DNA of 64,000 bases from a virus. The stretch lies in the UHGV virus genome UHGV-0037395. One strand, given 5' to 3'. A program made the translations under genes and the position numbers. Each line of letters starts with the position of its first letter. The stretch's first letter is position 1. Shown here piece after piece: positions 43,788 through 52,968 of the stretch. Below the pieces are notes generated by a model. The model saw nothing but the letters and a program-made list of their open reading frames with translations. It was not told the origin of the DNA and ran no database searches.

Positions 43788-43897
43788 AGAACTCGCGTAG
43801 GACCGAGTTGCGTCACCTGCAATTGTTACGGATAAGGGAGTCGTGCCCCTTAGTGCGGTAAGTGGTGAGGTGGCTGCTAGCCCTAACTGGAGATAAT

Positions 43898-44242
43898 ATG
43901 ACTATATTACTAATTCTTGTTACAACTTGGTTTTTAATCGGTGCTGGATATGCGATAGCTATTATTAGACATCTGGACGAATATTCTGCTGAATGGTTTG
44001 TTAAGTATCTACGTATTGATGATCAAGAACAGAAGTTTAAAGATGAAAAGCAGAAAAAAGCAGTAAATAATATGACAGCCAAAGAATGCTTGTTCTACAT
44101 GCGTATTGTAGGGTTCTTTGGACTATTAGTTGCTGGCCCAATTGGTTCTACCATTGCCCCATATAAAGAAACAGTTGCTGACATCAAATTGTGGAGAAAT
44201 GCAGGGGTACTACGCAAAGCTAGAGAAACTAATATTACATAA
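43898..44242 (+). CDS. Membrane protein (114 aa)
   Basis: ATG after GGAGATAAT; two hydrophobic helices; terminator at 44286-44322. Confidence 0.35.
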   Translation: MTILLILVTTWFLIGAGYAIAIIRHLDEYSAEWFVKYLRIDDQEQKFKDEKQKKAVNNMTAKECLFYMRIVGFFGLLVAGPIGSTIAPYKETVADIKLWRNAGVLRKARETNIT

Positions 44243-44285
44243 GATTGATATTAAATCAACTTACTAGCAAAAGCAAATAATGACA

Positions 44286-44322
44286 AAGCCCAGCCTGCAA
44301 AGTTGCGACTGGGCTATTTTTA
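44286..44322 (+). terminator. Rho-independent terminator
   Basis: AGCCCAG...CTGGGCT plus ATTTTTAT. Confidence 0.6.
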
Positions 44323-44336
44323 TAATAAAATTTTAG

Positions 44337-44365
44337 TTGCTTAGATGCCCAAACTTTTGTATAAT
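44337..44365 (+). promoter_or_regulatory. T5-type early promoter
   Basis: TTGCTT-17-TATAAT. Confidence 0.55.
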
Positions 44366-44396
44366 ATGTTTATAGATTGAGGCAAGAGGATTAAAT

Positions 44397-45095
44397 ATGA
44401 GGATTATTTCTAAGTTCGCCGATGTGTATGATTTGCAGAACAGTTTGTTCGACCCAGATCGTGTTTGGGAACGTAAAACTGAAGAGTTGCTGGTTAAAGT
44501 AACCGATGATGCAGAAAAGAACATTGTGCATACTCGCCAGGTATTTCGTGATGGTTCGCTATCTTTCCGTGGTGATTTCGAATATTTTGTAAACCCACTA
44601 TTTGTTGCAGGTGAAGTTTACTGGTTACACGAGCTGTACTGCTGGCATCCAGAGTTTAGCTTCAAAACGTTCGACCTCGACACTATGTTCGATAAAATGG
44701 AAGAGATGGGATTGCATGCTCGCTCTTATTTAATGGATAAGAGTCGCGGAGATGTTCGTGAAACAATGCGTGATTTGCTCGCGGAAGCAAAACCTAAAGC
44801 AGAACGTATCTTATCCGAACTGCGTGTACCAATTGCATATGTGAAAGGTATTAAAAAGAACGATAACGATGATGTTCGTAACTTCGTGATTCAGACTAAC
44901 ATTCGTTTCCATCAATCAGGTATTCCGTGGCAGGAAATTGAAAGTAACTTATACCGTTTACACCAAGTTCTCGAACAGTATATCTTTGGGGTACTAGGAA
45001 CTGGTGAGCCTGATATGATTAAAGTATCAGATAAAGACAGGTTAGCAGCGCATGGATTTGATACAAAAACTTCTTTCAGGAATATGGCACGGTAA
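44397..45095 (+). CDS. Hypothetical protein (232 aa)
   Basis: After promoter 44337-44365 and RBS AAGAGGA. Confidence 0.45.
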   Translation: MRIISKFADVYDLQNSLFDPDRVWERKTEELLVKVTDDAEKNIVHTRQVFRDGSLSFRGDFEYFVNPLFVAGEVYWLHELYCWHPEFSFKTFDLDTMFDKMEEMGLHARSYLMDKSRGDVRETMRDLLAEAKPKAERILSELRVPIAYVKGIKKNDNDDVRNFVIQTNIRFHQSGIPWQEIESNLYRLHQVLEQYIFGVLGTGEPDMIKVSDKDRLAAHGFDTKTSFRNMAR

Positions 45096-45501
45096 GTGGT
45101 ATATCCTGGGAGCAGGTCTAGCGATAGGCATCGGGTTTGGTGCTTATCACTTAGTAGATAAAGTGGAGACTCTAGCAGGTGATCTTGCAGTAGCTACTAA
45201 AAAGATCTCTTCTCTAGAGACTTCGCTTAATAAGGTGAAAGCTGAAAGTGAACTTCGTGAGACTAGAATGAATCAGTATTTCACGATGAATAATATTTCT
45301 CAAGCAGATCTAGACAAAAAGATTAAGCAGTTAGATAAAGCACTTAGTCGCCAAGATATTATAGCTGCAAAGCCTGGATTGGTAACATTAATTGCTAAAA
45401 AGCAGAGTAAAGAGTTCGAGGAAAGATTAGCGTGTTTAACTGGAAACTTGGAATACTGCTCGCAGCCGCAATCACAATCACAGGCTGTGCAGAAGAAATA
45501 A
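45052..45501 (+). CDS. Putative i-spanin (Rz-like: N-terminal TM helix plus periplasmic coiled coil)
   Basis: WYILGAGLAIGIGFGAYHLV TM followed by coiled-coil sequence; downstream lipoprotein gene overlaps its 3' end. Confidence 0.45.
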   Translation: MDLIQKLLSGIWHGKWYILGAGLAIGIGFGAYHLVDKVETLAGDLAVATKKISSLETSLNKVKAESELRETRMNQYFTMNNISQADLDKKIKQLDKALSRQDIIAAKPGLVTLIAKKQSKEFEERLACLTGNLEYCSQPQSQSQAVQKK

Positions 45502-45785
45502 AACCAGAGCCATCTCATGAGTTAAAGCAAGCTCATGTAGGCTGGCCTAAAGGACTTCAACCTTGTAGCTTTGACTTTAAGTTTGAAAAGAAATTAGCTA
45601 CAAATGGAGAAGATGGCGTAGTAGTTGTTGTACCATATAAAGATTGGAATATGTTGGCAAAATGCCGTGAGGCAGAATACTCATATATTTCACGACTGAC
45701 AAGTATGGTTTGCTTCTATCGTCAAGATTTACAAGAAAAACGTTGTTTAGTATATTATCCACCAATTAACAATAGGAAAGATTAA
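45432..45785 (+). CDS. Putative o-spanin (Rz1-like outer-membrane lipoprotein)
   Basis: Lipobox LAAAITITGC; start (GTG) lies inside the preceding gene, 70-nt overlap. Confidence 0.45.
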   Translation: MFNWKLGILLAAAITITGCAEEIKPEPSHELKQAHVGWPKGLQPCSFDFKFEKKLATNGEDGVVVVVPYKDWNMLAKCREAEYSYISRLTSMVCFYRQDLQEKRCLVYYPPINNRKD

Positions 45786-46537
45786 TGTCAGTATTAGTCG
45801 GTTTACATGGTGAAGCTGGTTCGGGAAAAGATACCGTTGCAAAATTAATTATCGATTGGTGTAATGACACGTATCCAACGTGCTTATCTCGTCGTTATAG
45901 TTTTGCTAAGCCCGTTTATGAACTTGCATCCGTAATCCTCGGTGTAACTCCAGAGTTTCTAGGAGAGCGCAGGGGAAAAGAGATTGACCAATGGTTTACG
46001 GTCACACAATCTCAGTTGGAGCGAGCCAGGGATGTATGGTTTAAGTACGGTATCGATAAGTTCGAAGACTTCTCGTACGTTTGGCCTATTTTTGAGGAAA
46101 AATATCTTAATCCTCAACAACTTATATCAGAGAATAAAGAAGACGGTCTTTATAGCTTATTTATTTCTCCGAGAAAAATGTTACAGCTCGTAGGAACAGA
46201 GCTAGGAAGGCAGCTGGTGCATGAACGCATTTGGCTCATAATTCTGGAGCAATCCATCGCTAAAGACGACCCAGATGTCGCCGTAATAACAGATGTTAGA
46301 TTCCCCAATGAAGGAGAGCTACTCAGAGAAACAAACCATTTAGATATGGATTCTTTGATAGTAAATGTAGTACCAGCTGAGCAGAAGTTCACTATTAAAT
46401 CAGATCATCCATCTGAAAGTGGTATTCCTGCAAAATATATTACTCACGAATTAGTTAATAAATTCGATGGTATCAATAACCTTAAACTAGAAGTTTATAA
46501 CTTCTGTGACTTAGAGCTAGAACCACTAGTTGGATAA
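45785..46537 (+). CDS. dnk: Deoxynucleoside monophosphate kinase
   Basis: P-loop GLHGEAGSGKDT, 250 aa, consistent with the T5 dNMP kinase. Confidence 0.6.
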   Translation: MSVLVGLHGEAGSGKDTVAKLIIDWCNDTYPTCLSRRYSFAKPVYELASVILGVTPEFLGERRGKEIDQWFTVTQSQLERARDVWFKYGIDKFEDFSYVWPIFEEKYLNPQQLISENKEDGLYSLFISPRKMLQLVGTELGRQLVHERIWLIILEQSIAKDDPDVAVITDVRFPNEGELLRETNHLDMDSLIVNVVPAEQKFTIKSDHPSESGIPAKYITHELVNKFDGINNLKLEVYNFCDLELEPLVG

Positions 46538-46549
46538 TCAAGGATCGCT

Positions 46550-47149
46550 ATGACTAATAAAAAAGAAGAAAAGACTAACCTGTTTCACTCCATTCGCCAA
46601 TCTAATGAGTATACCTTTTTCTTTGATGAAGAATTAGGCCCGCCGGATGAATACCGTGATTTATCAATGGTACTTATGCAAGCAAATGAGGACGACGAAA
46701 TTAATCTGATGATTAATGGTCCAGGTGGTTATGTTGATACTGCTGCACAATTATCTAACTTAATTGCTAATTGCCGTGGAACAGTTATAGGACATCTGGT
46801 TGGTCCTAGTGCTTCTGCTTACTGCACAATTTTCCTATCCTGTCATGGATGGGTAGTACATCCACATGCTACGCTAATGGGACACACGTTCTCTGGCGGA
46901 TTCTGTGAGAAAGGTCAAGAAATCAAGAAAGCCTATGAATCTTACAACAAGTTCGTAGAAGATATGATGCTAGATGTCTACTATCCGTTCTTCTCAATAG
47001 ATGAGATCGACGAGATGGTAAAAGACAACAAAAATATCTATCTAGATAGCAAGGAAATCCATAAGCGTATTGAAATCTTGGCGAAATATCGATCTGAGCA
47101 ATATAATAAAGCCCAGTTACCTCAATCCGAGGAGCACAACGAAGAGTAA
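46550..47149 (+). CDS. ClpP-like serine peptidase family protein
   Basis: INGPGGYV and GPSASAY...HATLMGH resemble ClpP INSPGG/GxAAS/His elements. Confidence 0.5.
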   Translation: MTNKKEEKTNLFHSIRQSNEYTFFFDEELGPPDEYRDLSMVLMQANEDDEINLMINGPGGYVDTAAQLSNLIANCRGTVIGHLVGPSASAYCTIFLSCHGWVVHPHATLMGHTFSGGFCEKGQEIKKAYESYNKFVEDMMLDVYYPFFSIDEIDEMVKDNKNIYLDSKEIHKRIEILAKYRSEQYNKAQLPQSEEHNEE

Positions 47150-47156
47150 GTAATTT

Positions 47157-47190
47157 TAAGCCAGGGTTTAACGACCCTGGCTTTTCTTTT
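47157..47190 (+). terminator. Rho-independent terminator before lysis cassette
   Basis: AAGCCAGGG...CCCTGGCTT plus TTCTTTTA. Confidence 0.6.
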
Positions 47191-47255
47191 ATCTAAAATT
47201 CTTCTTGACAACGACAAAATTTTATGCTCCAGAAGTGATCTTTAAAAACACATTG

Positions 47256-47278
47256 TAATTTTCCTCCAAAATTAGTAT
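47256..47278 (+). promoter_or_regulatory. Promoter for holin-endolysin (TTGTAA-17-TATAAT)
   Basis: -10 TATAAT at 47273-47278; weaker -35; RBS GAGGAGG follows. Confidence 0.4.
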
Positions 47279-47305
47279 AATGGTAATGGTTAGAGGAGGT
47301 TACAA

Positions 47306-47962
47306 TTGGAAAAGTTCTTACAATTATTAACAGTACTGCTCCAAGAAGCGAAAGATCCAGCATCGCTTCTTAAACGTCTGCTAACTATCTTAGTTGCTGT
47401 CATTATTTTCTTATTTGTTAGTAATACTAGCGAGGTGATGTCATTCTTAAAGACTTTCTCCACGTCTGCGGTTCTACAGGATGTTCAAACTCAAAGGATA
47501 GATAACTTTCCTAATGTAGCTAGAGAAAAGAGCATGGTACTCTTTTCTCAAACGGGTGCGGATGCTGTTTTTGTCGTCAAGTATAAACCCGATGCCATTA
47601 ATGATTATTCTAACATTATTGCATGGGAAAGCAATGCGCAATTAGATAGGGCTGACTTGGCCGATAAAGCGGTAAATAAAACGTCTGAGCTATATAGACG
47701 TCACTTGGAAGGCTTTAACTACGCATCGGATTTAAGTGTAAAAGTAAATAAATACATGGGGTTAAATATACCTGCGTTTAAGAACGTTACTTTTAATTAC
47801 ATATACACTTGTCCGTATTTCAATCTAAACAATATCTATGCTGGATATATTGGTATTGCTTGGAAAGATAATCCTGTAGATGCAGCCGATTCTGAGAAAT
47901 TTAATGAGTATTTAACAAAGCTCTGTTCCCCACAACAGAGATCTTTAGGTAGATCAATATGA
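47306..47962 (+). CDS. hol: Holin (218 aa, TTG start)
   Basis: TM helix LLTILVAVIIFLFVS; immediately upstream of and overlapping the endolysin gene; RBS GAGGAGG; TTGTAA-17-TATAAT promoter upstream. Confidence 0.5.
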   Translation: MEKFLQLLTVLLQEAKDPASLLKRLLTILVAVIIFLFVSNTSEVMSFLKTFSTSAVLQDVQTQRIDNFPNVAREKSMVLFSQTGADAVFVVKYKPDAINDYSNIIAWESNAQLDRADLADKAVNKTSELYRRHLEGFNYASDLSVKVNKYMGLNIPAFKNVTFNYIYTCPYFNLNNIYAGYIGIAWKDNPVDAADSEKFNEYLTKLCSPQQRSLGRSI

Positions 47963-48372
47963 GTTTTAAATTTGGTAAAAACAGCGAAAAACAATTAGCT
48001 ACAGTTAAGCCAGAGCTACAAAAAGTAGCTCGTAGAGCTTTAGAATTATCCCCATATGATTTCACAATCGTACAGGGTATTCGTACAGTAGCACAAAGTG
48101 CCCAGAATATTGCTAATGGTACTTCATTTTTAAAAGATCCTAGTAAAAGCAAGCATATTACTGGGGATGCGCTTGATTTTGCTCCATATATTAATGGCAA
48201 AATTGATTGGAATGACTTAGAAGCATTTTGGGCGGTTAAAAAGGCTTTTGAACAAGCGGGTAAAGAACTAGGTATTAAACTTCGTTTTGGTGCTGATTGG
48301 AATAATTCTGGAGACTATCACGATGAAATAAAACGTGGTACCTATGATGGCGGTCATGTCGAACTAGTTTAA
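47959..48372 (+). CDS. lys: Endolysin, L-alanyl-D-glutamate peptidase (M15 family)
   Basis: 137 aa matching the T5 endolysin (MSFKFGKNSEKQLATVKPELQKVARRALELSPYDFTIVQGIRT...GGHVELV); terminator follows. Confidence 0.85.
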   Translation: MSFKFGKNSEKQLATVKPELQKVARRALELSPYDFTIVQGIRTVAQSAQNIANGTSFLKDPSKSKHITGDALDFAPYINGKIDWNDLEAFWAVKKAFEQAGKELGIKLRFGADWNNSGDYHDEIKRGTYDGGHVELV

Positions 48373-48382
48373 TTAATAACTG

Positions 48383-48408
48383 AGGCGGGAATATTCCCGC
48401 CTTTTTAG
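48383..48408 (+). terminator. Rho-independent terminator after endolysin
   Basis: GGCGGGA-ATAT-TCCCGCC plus TTTTT. Confidence 0.65.
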
Positions 48409-48449
48409 GCAAAGGGGGCTTTAATAATTTTTGAAGATAGGAGAAAGCC

Positions 48450-48866
48450 ATGTTTGCAGAACTATTCACTATGATGCTGCTAGGTATCTGGAAAATAAGT
48501 CTAGTAGTATTCGTTTTAATGATAGTCTTTACTATCATTGCATTAACTACCCGAAATAGCTTATTAATAAAGGTTATTCACGGACTAGAGTATATAATTA
48601 TGGGTTCATTCGGCGTTTGTAAATGCAATTGCCATAGAGATACGAAATATTGTTGGTTATGGATGGAACTAGAGAATCCTATATCCATAACTTTGGCTGT
48701 TTCATTCGGTATGATTCTTATGGCCCTTACTCTAGCATTAATACCTTTGATGTTAGCTGGGGGAGTTACAGCGTATTTCACCCTTTTCTCCCCGATACTT
48801 ATGTACTCAATATACCCAATAACTATGTATCTAGTTAGGAAAAAATTTATACATGCAGTAGATTAA
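48450..48866 (+). CDS. Multi-pass membrane protein (138 aa)
   Basis: Four hydrophobic helices. Confidence 0.4.
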   Translation: MFAELFTMMLLGIWKISLVVFVLMIVFTIIALTTRNSLLIKVIHGLEYIIMGSFGVCKCNCHRDTKYCWLWMELENPISITLAVSFGMILMALTLALIPLMLAGGVTAYFTLFSPILMYSIYPITMYLVRKKFIHAVD

Positions 48867-48879
48867 GATAAAAAAGTAG

Positions 48880-48908
48880 TTGACTTTTAGCCCTAGTTAT
48901 TATATAAT
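48880..48908 (+). promoter_or_regulatory. T5-type early promoter (TTGACT-17-TATAAT)
   Basis: Cassette match. Confidence 0.55.
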
Positions 48909-48941
48909 ATATACATAAATTAGTTAAGAGAGGTATATATT

Positions 48942-49370
48942 ATGTCTGATCGTTTCTATACTCAAATGGCGGAACATTTTCGTATACCACATTACGAGCT
49001 AAACATTGCACTCCGTGATCATGACTCTCCTGAGTACAAAAAGCTCGAAAAGAAAGCGGAAAAATCTATTGATACAAAGGTAGGTGCATCTATGTCTAAG
49101 GGCAAAAAGTTAACTCGTCTTGATCTTAATAAAATTTTAACTGAACTTTTGGGTACTGATATTGAGGGTGCTAAATTACCACTTCTTGTATTAGAGACTA
49201 TGATTAAAAAGGTCAAAAATAAAGAATATAAGAAAGTAGAAGTCCCGGAAGGCAGATTAAAGGCTCCTTATCAGGAAGCATTAACCGAGTGTTTGGGTGT
49301 AAATCTTGATCTGAGCACCGCAACCGTAAAAACTATGAAAAACTTCTTAGAGGCCATTAATAAATTGTGA
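48942..49370 (+). CDS. Hypothetical protein (142 aa)
   Basis: After promoter 48880-48908 and RBS AGAGAGG. Confidence 0.4.
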   Translation: MSDRFYTQMAEHFRIPHYELNIALRDHDSPEYKKLEKKAEKSIDTKVGASMSKGKKLTRLDLNKILTELLGTDIEGAKLPLLVLETMIKKVKNKEYKKVEVPEGRLKAPYQEALTECLGVNLDLSTATVKTMKNFLEAINKL

Positions 49371-49873
49371 TTACTAGGGAAAGATTATTAGAGGTACTAG
49401 AGTATCACGAAGATGGTACTCTAACCTGGAAACCTAGACCAGAGGGTACAAGAGGTTGGAATACTAGCCTTAACAATATGCCTGCTGGGTCTATTAATGC
49501 TGATGGCTATCTAATGCTCTCTATTGATGGAGAACGAATACTTGCGCATAGGGCAATCTTCTTTATGCACAAAGGCTATTTACCTGATATAGTAGATCAT
49601 GATGATACCAATACTCTAAACAATCGTATTGGTAACTTAAGAGAAGCTACAAAAGCTCAAAATGCTTTTAATAGGAAATCGGCTAATAAAAATAACCTAT
49701 TGGGATTAAAAAATATATCTCAAAGAGGGAAGTCTTTTAGAGTAAAAATCTCTAGGGCAGGAATCAATTATATGAAAACGTGCAGTTCTTTGGAAGAAGC
49801 AATTGCATGGAGAGATGAAAAACTAGAAGAACTCCACGGTGAGTTTGCCAGCAAAGGAAATAAAAATGTCTAA
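49367..49873 (+). CDS. HNH homing endonuclease
   Basis: GYLMLSIDGERILAHRAIFFMHKGYLPDIVDHDDTNTLNNRIGNLREAT; paralogous to 9393 and 15161 ORFs. Confidence 0.6.
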   Translation: MITRERLLEVLEYHEDGTLTWKPRPEGTRGWNTSLNNMPAGSINADGYLMLSIDGERILAHRAIFFMHKGYLPDIVDHDDTNTLNNRIGNLREATKAQNAFNRKSANKNNLLGLKNISQRGKSFRVKISRAGINYMKTCSSLEEAIAWRDEKLEELHGEFASKGNKNV

Positions 49874-50156
49874 ATTAGTCTATCTATTAAAAGGTTCCAC
49901 TTGTAACCCATGTAAACTTTTCGAGCCAGTATTTGATAAAGTAGTCAATGACTATAATTTGGAAGTCCACAAAGAGACTGATAATACAGAATTAATGCAG
50001 AAATTTGGTGTGCGCCAAGTTCCTGTAGTAGTTCTGGCAGATCGCTTACCTAATGGTCGAGTAGAAGCTAATCATATTTTGATTGGACGTCAGCTTCGTA
50101 AAGAAACTATGCACGAAGCTATTAAAAATTTCCTGGATGATAATCCAGAGGACTAA
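49866..50156 (+). CDS. Thioredoxin/glutaredoxin-like protein
   Basis: CNPC redox motif (GSTCNPCKLFEP); ATG overlaps HNH stop. Confidence 0.5.
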   Translation: MSKLVYLLKGSTCNPCKLFEPVFDKVVNDYNLEVHKETDNTELMQKFGVRQVPVVVLADRLPNGRVEANHILIGRQLRKETMHEAIKNFLDDNPED

Positions 50157-50162
50157 TAAACA

Positions 50163-50196
50163 AAGCCTGATCTTAGCTGATCAGGCTTTTATTTTA
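50163..50196 (+). terminator. Rho-independent terminator
   Basis: AAGCCTGATC...GATCAGGCTT plus TTATTTT. Confidence 0.65.
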
Positions 50197-50197
50197 C

Positions 50198-50226
50198 TTG
50201 CTTTTTGCTAAAAATTTTGGTATAAT
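50198..50226 (+). promoter_or_regulatory. T5-type early promoter
   Basis: TTGCTT-17-TATAAT. Confidence 0.55.
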
Positions 50227-50257
50227 ACTTATATAAATTGATGAAAGAGATATTAAT

Positions 50258-50341
50258 ATGACTACGCCACCTATCTTTGTATGGATTTTAGTCATATTAA
50301 TGGTTATCTTTGCCCTCCAAGAAATAGGAGTATTACGATGA
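50258..50341 (+). CDS. Possible 27-aa hydrophobic peptide
   Basis: ATG after promoter 50198-50226 and RBS GAAAGAGA; ATGA overlap with next gene. Confidence 0.2.
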   Translation: MTTPPIFVWILVILMVIFALQEIGVLR

Positions 50342-50715
50342 ACTATGCATATCTAATTATTAATAACAATGTAGTTTGTGGTACTCGTGCTGTTGAGATG
50401 GGTATTACAGAAGAAAAGTATAAGTCACTTACAGAAAAGGAACAACAATATTATGTTGAAGAAGCTGCTTGGGAATATGCTGATGTTTATCCCGAACAAC
50501 GTGAAGATCGCGTTACTATTGTTGTTTCTTTGGGGCTGGTTGGCTGTGATACCGAAGTTGATACAGACCTAGAGACTTTAGAAGAGTGGGGAGAATTAGA
50601 CATTTCAGCTAAAAACTCTTTAATCCGTGAGGCTTTTTGGGAAGCAGTTGACTGCCATGTTGTCTTTGAGCCTAACGATGAGGAAGCTGAGAAGCATACT
50701 AACCACTGGAGATAA
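50338..50715 (+). CDS. Hypothetical acidic protein (125 aa)
   Basis: ATG 50338 coupled to upstream peptide. Confidence 0.4.
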   Translation: MNYAYLIINNNVVCGTRAVEMGITEEKYKSLTEKEQQYYVEEAAWEYADVYPEQREDRVTIVVSLGLVGCDTEVDTDLETLEEWGELDISAKNSLIREAFWEAVDCHVVFEPNDEEAEKHTNHWR

Positions 50716-50719
50716 TTAA

Positions 50720-50965
50720 ATGTTAGCGGAACAAGCAAAACGTTTAGCCAGGATAAATAGAGCTGCACTCCTTAAGAGCAAGAAGAAAACGTATAAGTAT
50801 GTTAAAAAGAGAATAGTTTCTTCTGTGGAGATTGGAGGTTCTTTTGTACAGTTTAATCGTGATGAAATTAGTTATGAAGCTATAAAAGCCATCTATAAAG
50901 AGGGATATACTCTCCAACTATCTAATGAGTATGGCACAACTATTTTAACTGTTATTTGGGAATAA
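50720..50965 (+). CDS. Hypothetical protein (81 aa)
   Basis: ORF between neighbours, same strand. Confidence 0.35.
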   Translation: MLAEQAKRLARINRAALLKSKKKTYKYVKKRIVSSVEIGGSFVQFNRDEISYEAIKAIYKEGYTLQLSNEYGTTILTVIWE

Positions 50966-51831
50966 TTATGAAAAAAGAATTTAATATACATAAAACTCTA
51001 GTAGTGCCGGATGACGCCAACTTGTTTTTCGTCGGTGATATTCATGGATGCAATGATTTGCTGGAAGATGCGTTGAAATTAGCTGGGTATAATAGCAAGA
51101 AAGATTGCTTAGTATGTGTTGGTGACTTAATTGACCGAGGCACACAAAACCTACAAGTTTTAGCCAAATTCCTGTATAATCCACATTTTATCAGTGTCCG
51201 TGGTAATCACGACCAATTTATGATTGCAGGAGATTGGGCTAATTGGATGTATAACGGTGGTATATGGGCTATGGAAGAGCTGGATGCAGACACCATTAAA
51301 AATATCGCCGAAGATATGGCTGAAAAAATGCCAGTATTCCTAACTGTTAGACATCGTGGTAAGAAGTATGGTGTTGTTCACGGTGGTGTACCTTTTACAT
51401 ACAAAGAATGCGGTAATGAGGTAGAAACCCCAGTATGGGATAATCTTATTGCACAAGTAGAAGCAGCTAAGGAAGACCCACATGACCATCCTGGGTACCA
51501 TATTGAACCATATTTATGGGATCGAGATGTAATCCAAGAAATAGGCTTCTACTTGTCCAAAAATGGTGAGGAACACCCGTATTTCCAGCGTTATGCAGGA
51601 TTTAAAGAAAAATACGTGGTAGAAGTGCCAGAAGTTAAAGGGATAGATTTCGTGTTTCATGGACATACTGGAGTACCTTACCCACTTCTTTATAAAAACC
51701 GTGTTTATCTTGATACTGGCGGTGTTTTCAACGGGCAGTTGACGGTTGCGCAAGTTAATGATGAAACTGGCAAAATCACCACATTTACCACAGACAAAAA
51801 TAATAGCTGCGGTGTACAGAGGATTCTTTAA
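50956..51831 (+). CDS. Ser/Thr protein phosphatase (calcineurin-like metallophosphoesterase)
   Basis: GDIHGC, GDLIDRG and GNHD motifs. Confidence 0.75.
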   Translation: MGIIMKKEFNIHKTLVVPDDANLFFVGDIHGCNDLLEDALKLAGYNSKKDCLVCVGDLIDRGTQNLQVLAKFLYNPHFISVRGNHDQFMIAGDWANWMYNGGIWAMEELDADTIKNIAEDMAEKMPVFLTVRHRGKKYGVVHGGVPFTYKECGNEVETPVWDNLIAQVEAAKEDPHDHPGYHIEPYLWDRDVIQEIGFYLSKNGEEHPYFQRYAGFKEKYVVEVPEVKGIDFVFHGHTGVPYPLLYKNRVYLDTGGVFNGQLTVAQVNDETGKITTFTTDKNNSCGVQRIL

Positions 51832-52364
51832 TGAAAGTTTTCTTTTGGAGTGATCTCCACTTAGGACATGCAAATATTACTAAATTCAGACCAATCTTTT
51901 CTACTATGGAAGAGCATGACGAATTTATTATGGATACTGTTACATCCATGAAAGATAAGCGTACAGTATTCTATATTTTAGGAGATGCATTTGTATCCAG
52001 AAATGGTTTGGAGAAGTTTGAAAAACTCTTTGGCAATGTTAGAACTACGTTGGTTTTGGGGAACCACGACTTAGAACGAGAAGGATTATCTTTCAAAGAC
52101 TTAATAGGAGTTGTAGATAACATACAATCACTAGTTAAGTATAAAAACTTCTGGCTTTCCCATGCTCCAGTACATCCGGGAGAGCTGAGAGGTAAAAAGA
52201 ACTTACATGGGCATACTCACTTTGAGTTAATGGGAGATCCTCGTTATATCAACGTTTGTGTTGAATATGCTAAATCACCAGTACGACTGGAAGACATCAT
52301 GAGTGGTAAGTACACTTCGCATGATAAAACTAGCTGGATGTCAAATGTCGAAGTATATAGCTGA
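51831..52364 (+). CDS. Metallophosphoesterase (second, 177 aa)
   Basis: SDLHLGH, GNHD and HGHTH motifs; ATGA overlap with preceding phosphatase. Confidence 0.6.
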   Translation: MKVFFWSDLHLGHANITKFRPIFSTMEEHDEFIMDTVTSMKDKRTVFYILGDAFVSRNGLEKFEKLFGNVRTTLVLGNHDLEREGLSFKDLIGVVDNIQSLVKYKNFWLSHAPVHPGELRGKKNLHGHTHFELMGDPRYINVCVEYAKSPVRLEDIMSGKYTSHDKTSWMSNVEVYS

Positions 52365-52460
52365 GGCTATTATTAAACGAATCATACAGGCGATAGCAAT
52401 ACTTATAATCATTTGTATTGCTATTGGTACAGGATTAGGCATTTTAATTAAAAGTTTTAT

Positions 52461-52489
52461 TTGCTAAAATGCTTAAGTTTCTGTATAAT
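52461..52489 (+). promoter_or_regulatory. T5-type early promoter
   Basis: TTGCTA-17-TATAAT. Confidence 0.55.
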
Positions 52490-52519
52490 TACTTTATAAA
52501 TTGATGAGAAGGAATCAAA

Positions 52520-52951
52520 ATGAACAAAGTTGATAAAGCTCTAGTTTTCGCAGCAGCAGATAAGTTTGAACAAGTTAAGGCAACTTTCCGAACCTTGTTC
52601 CAGTCTTACGTTCAGGATAAGTCTAATCCTATTTCTGAACGTTTGATGGTCTGGGAATGCCATGCTTGCAATGCCCTATTAATTGCGGATTATCGTAGCG
52701 ATATAGATAAAGATCTGTGCGAAATTCTTATCCCTGAGGAGGCAGAACGTTATCAGTTAATCTCTTTCCAAGATTTGGCGGAACATATCATTCCTGATGA
52801 TCTTTGGGATAAATACTATGGTGATCCTGAAGATGAAGGAATGACTCCAGAAGCCTGTATTGAGTTGATCTGCAAAGATCATCCTGAAATTGCAGAGAAA
52901 TTTGAAAAAGTTTTTGCTTCTGAGTTCTCCGGCGTTGTTAACGATTGGTAA
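52520..52951 (+). CDS. Hypothetical acidic protein (143 aa)
   Basis: After promoter 52461-52489 and RBS GAGAAGGAA. Confidence 0.4.
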   Translation: MNKVDKALVFAAADKFEQVKATFRTLFQSYVQDKSNPISERLMVWECHACNALLIADYRSDIDKDLCEILIPEEAERYQLISFQDLAEHIIPDDLWDKYYGDPEDEGMTPEACIELICKDHPEIAEKFEKVFASEFSGVVNDW

Positions 52952-52968
52952 GTAATTAAAAAATTCAG

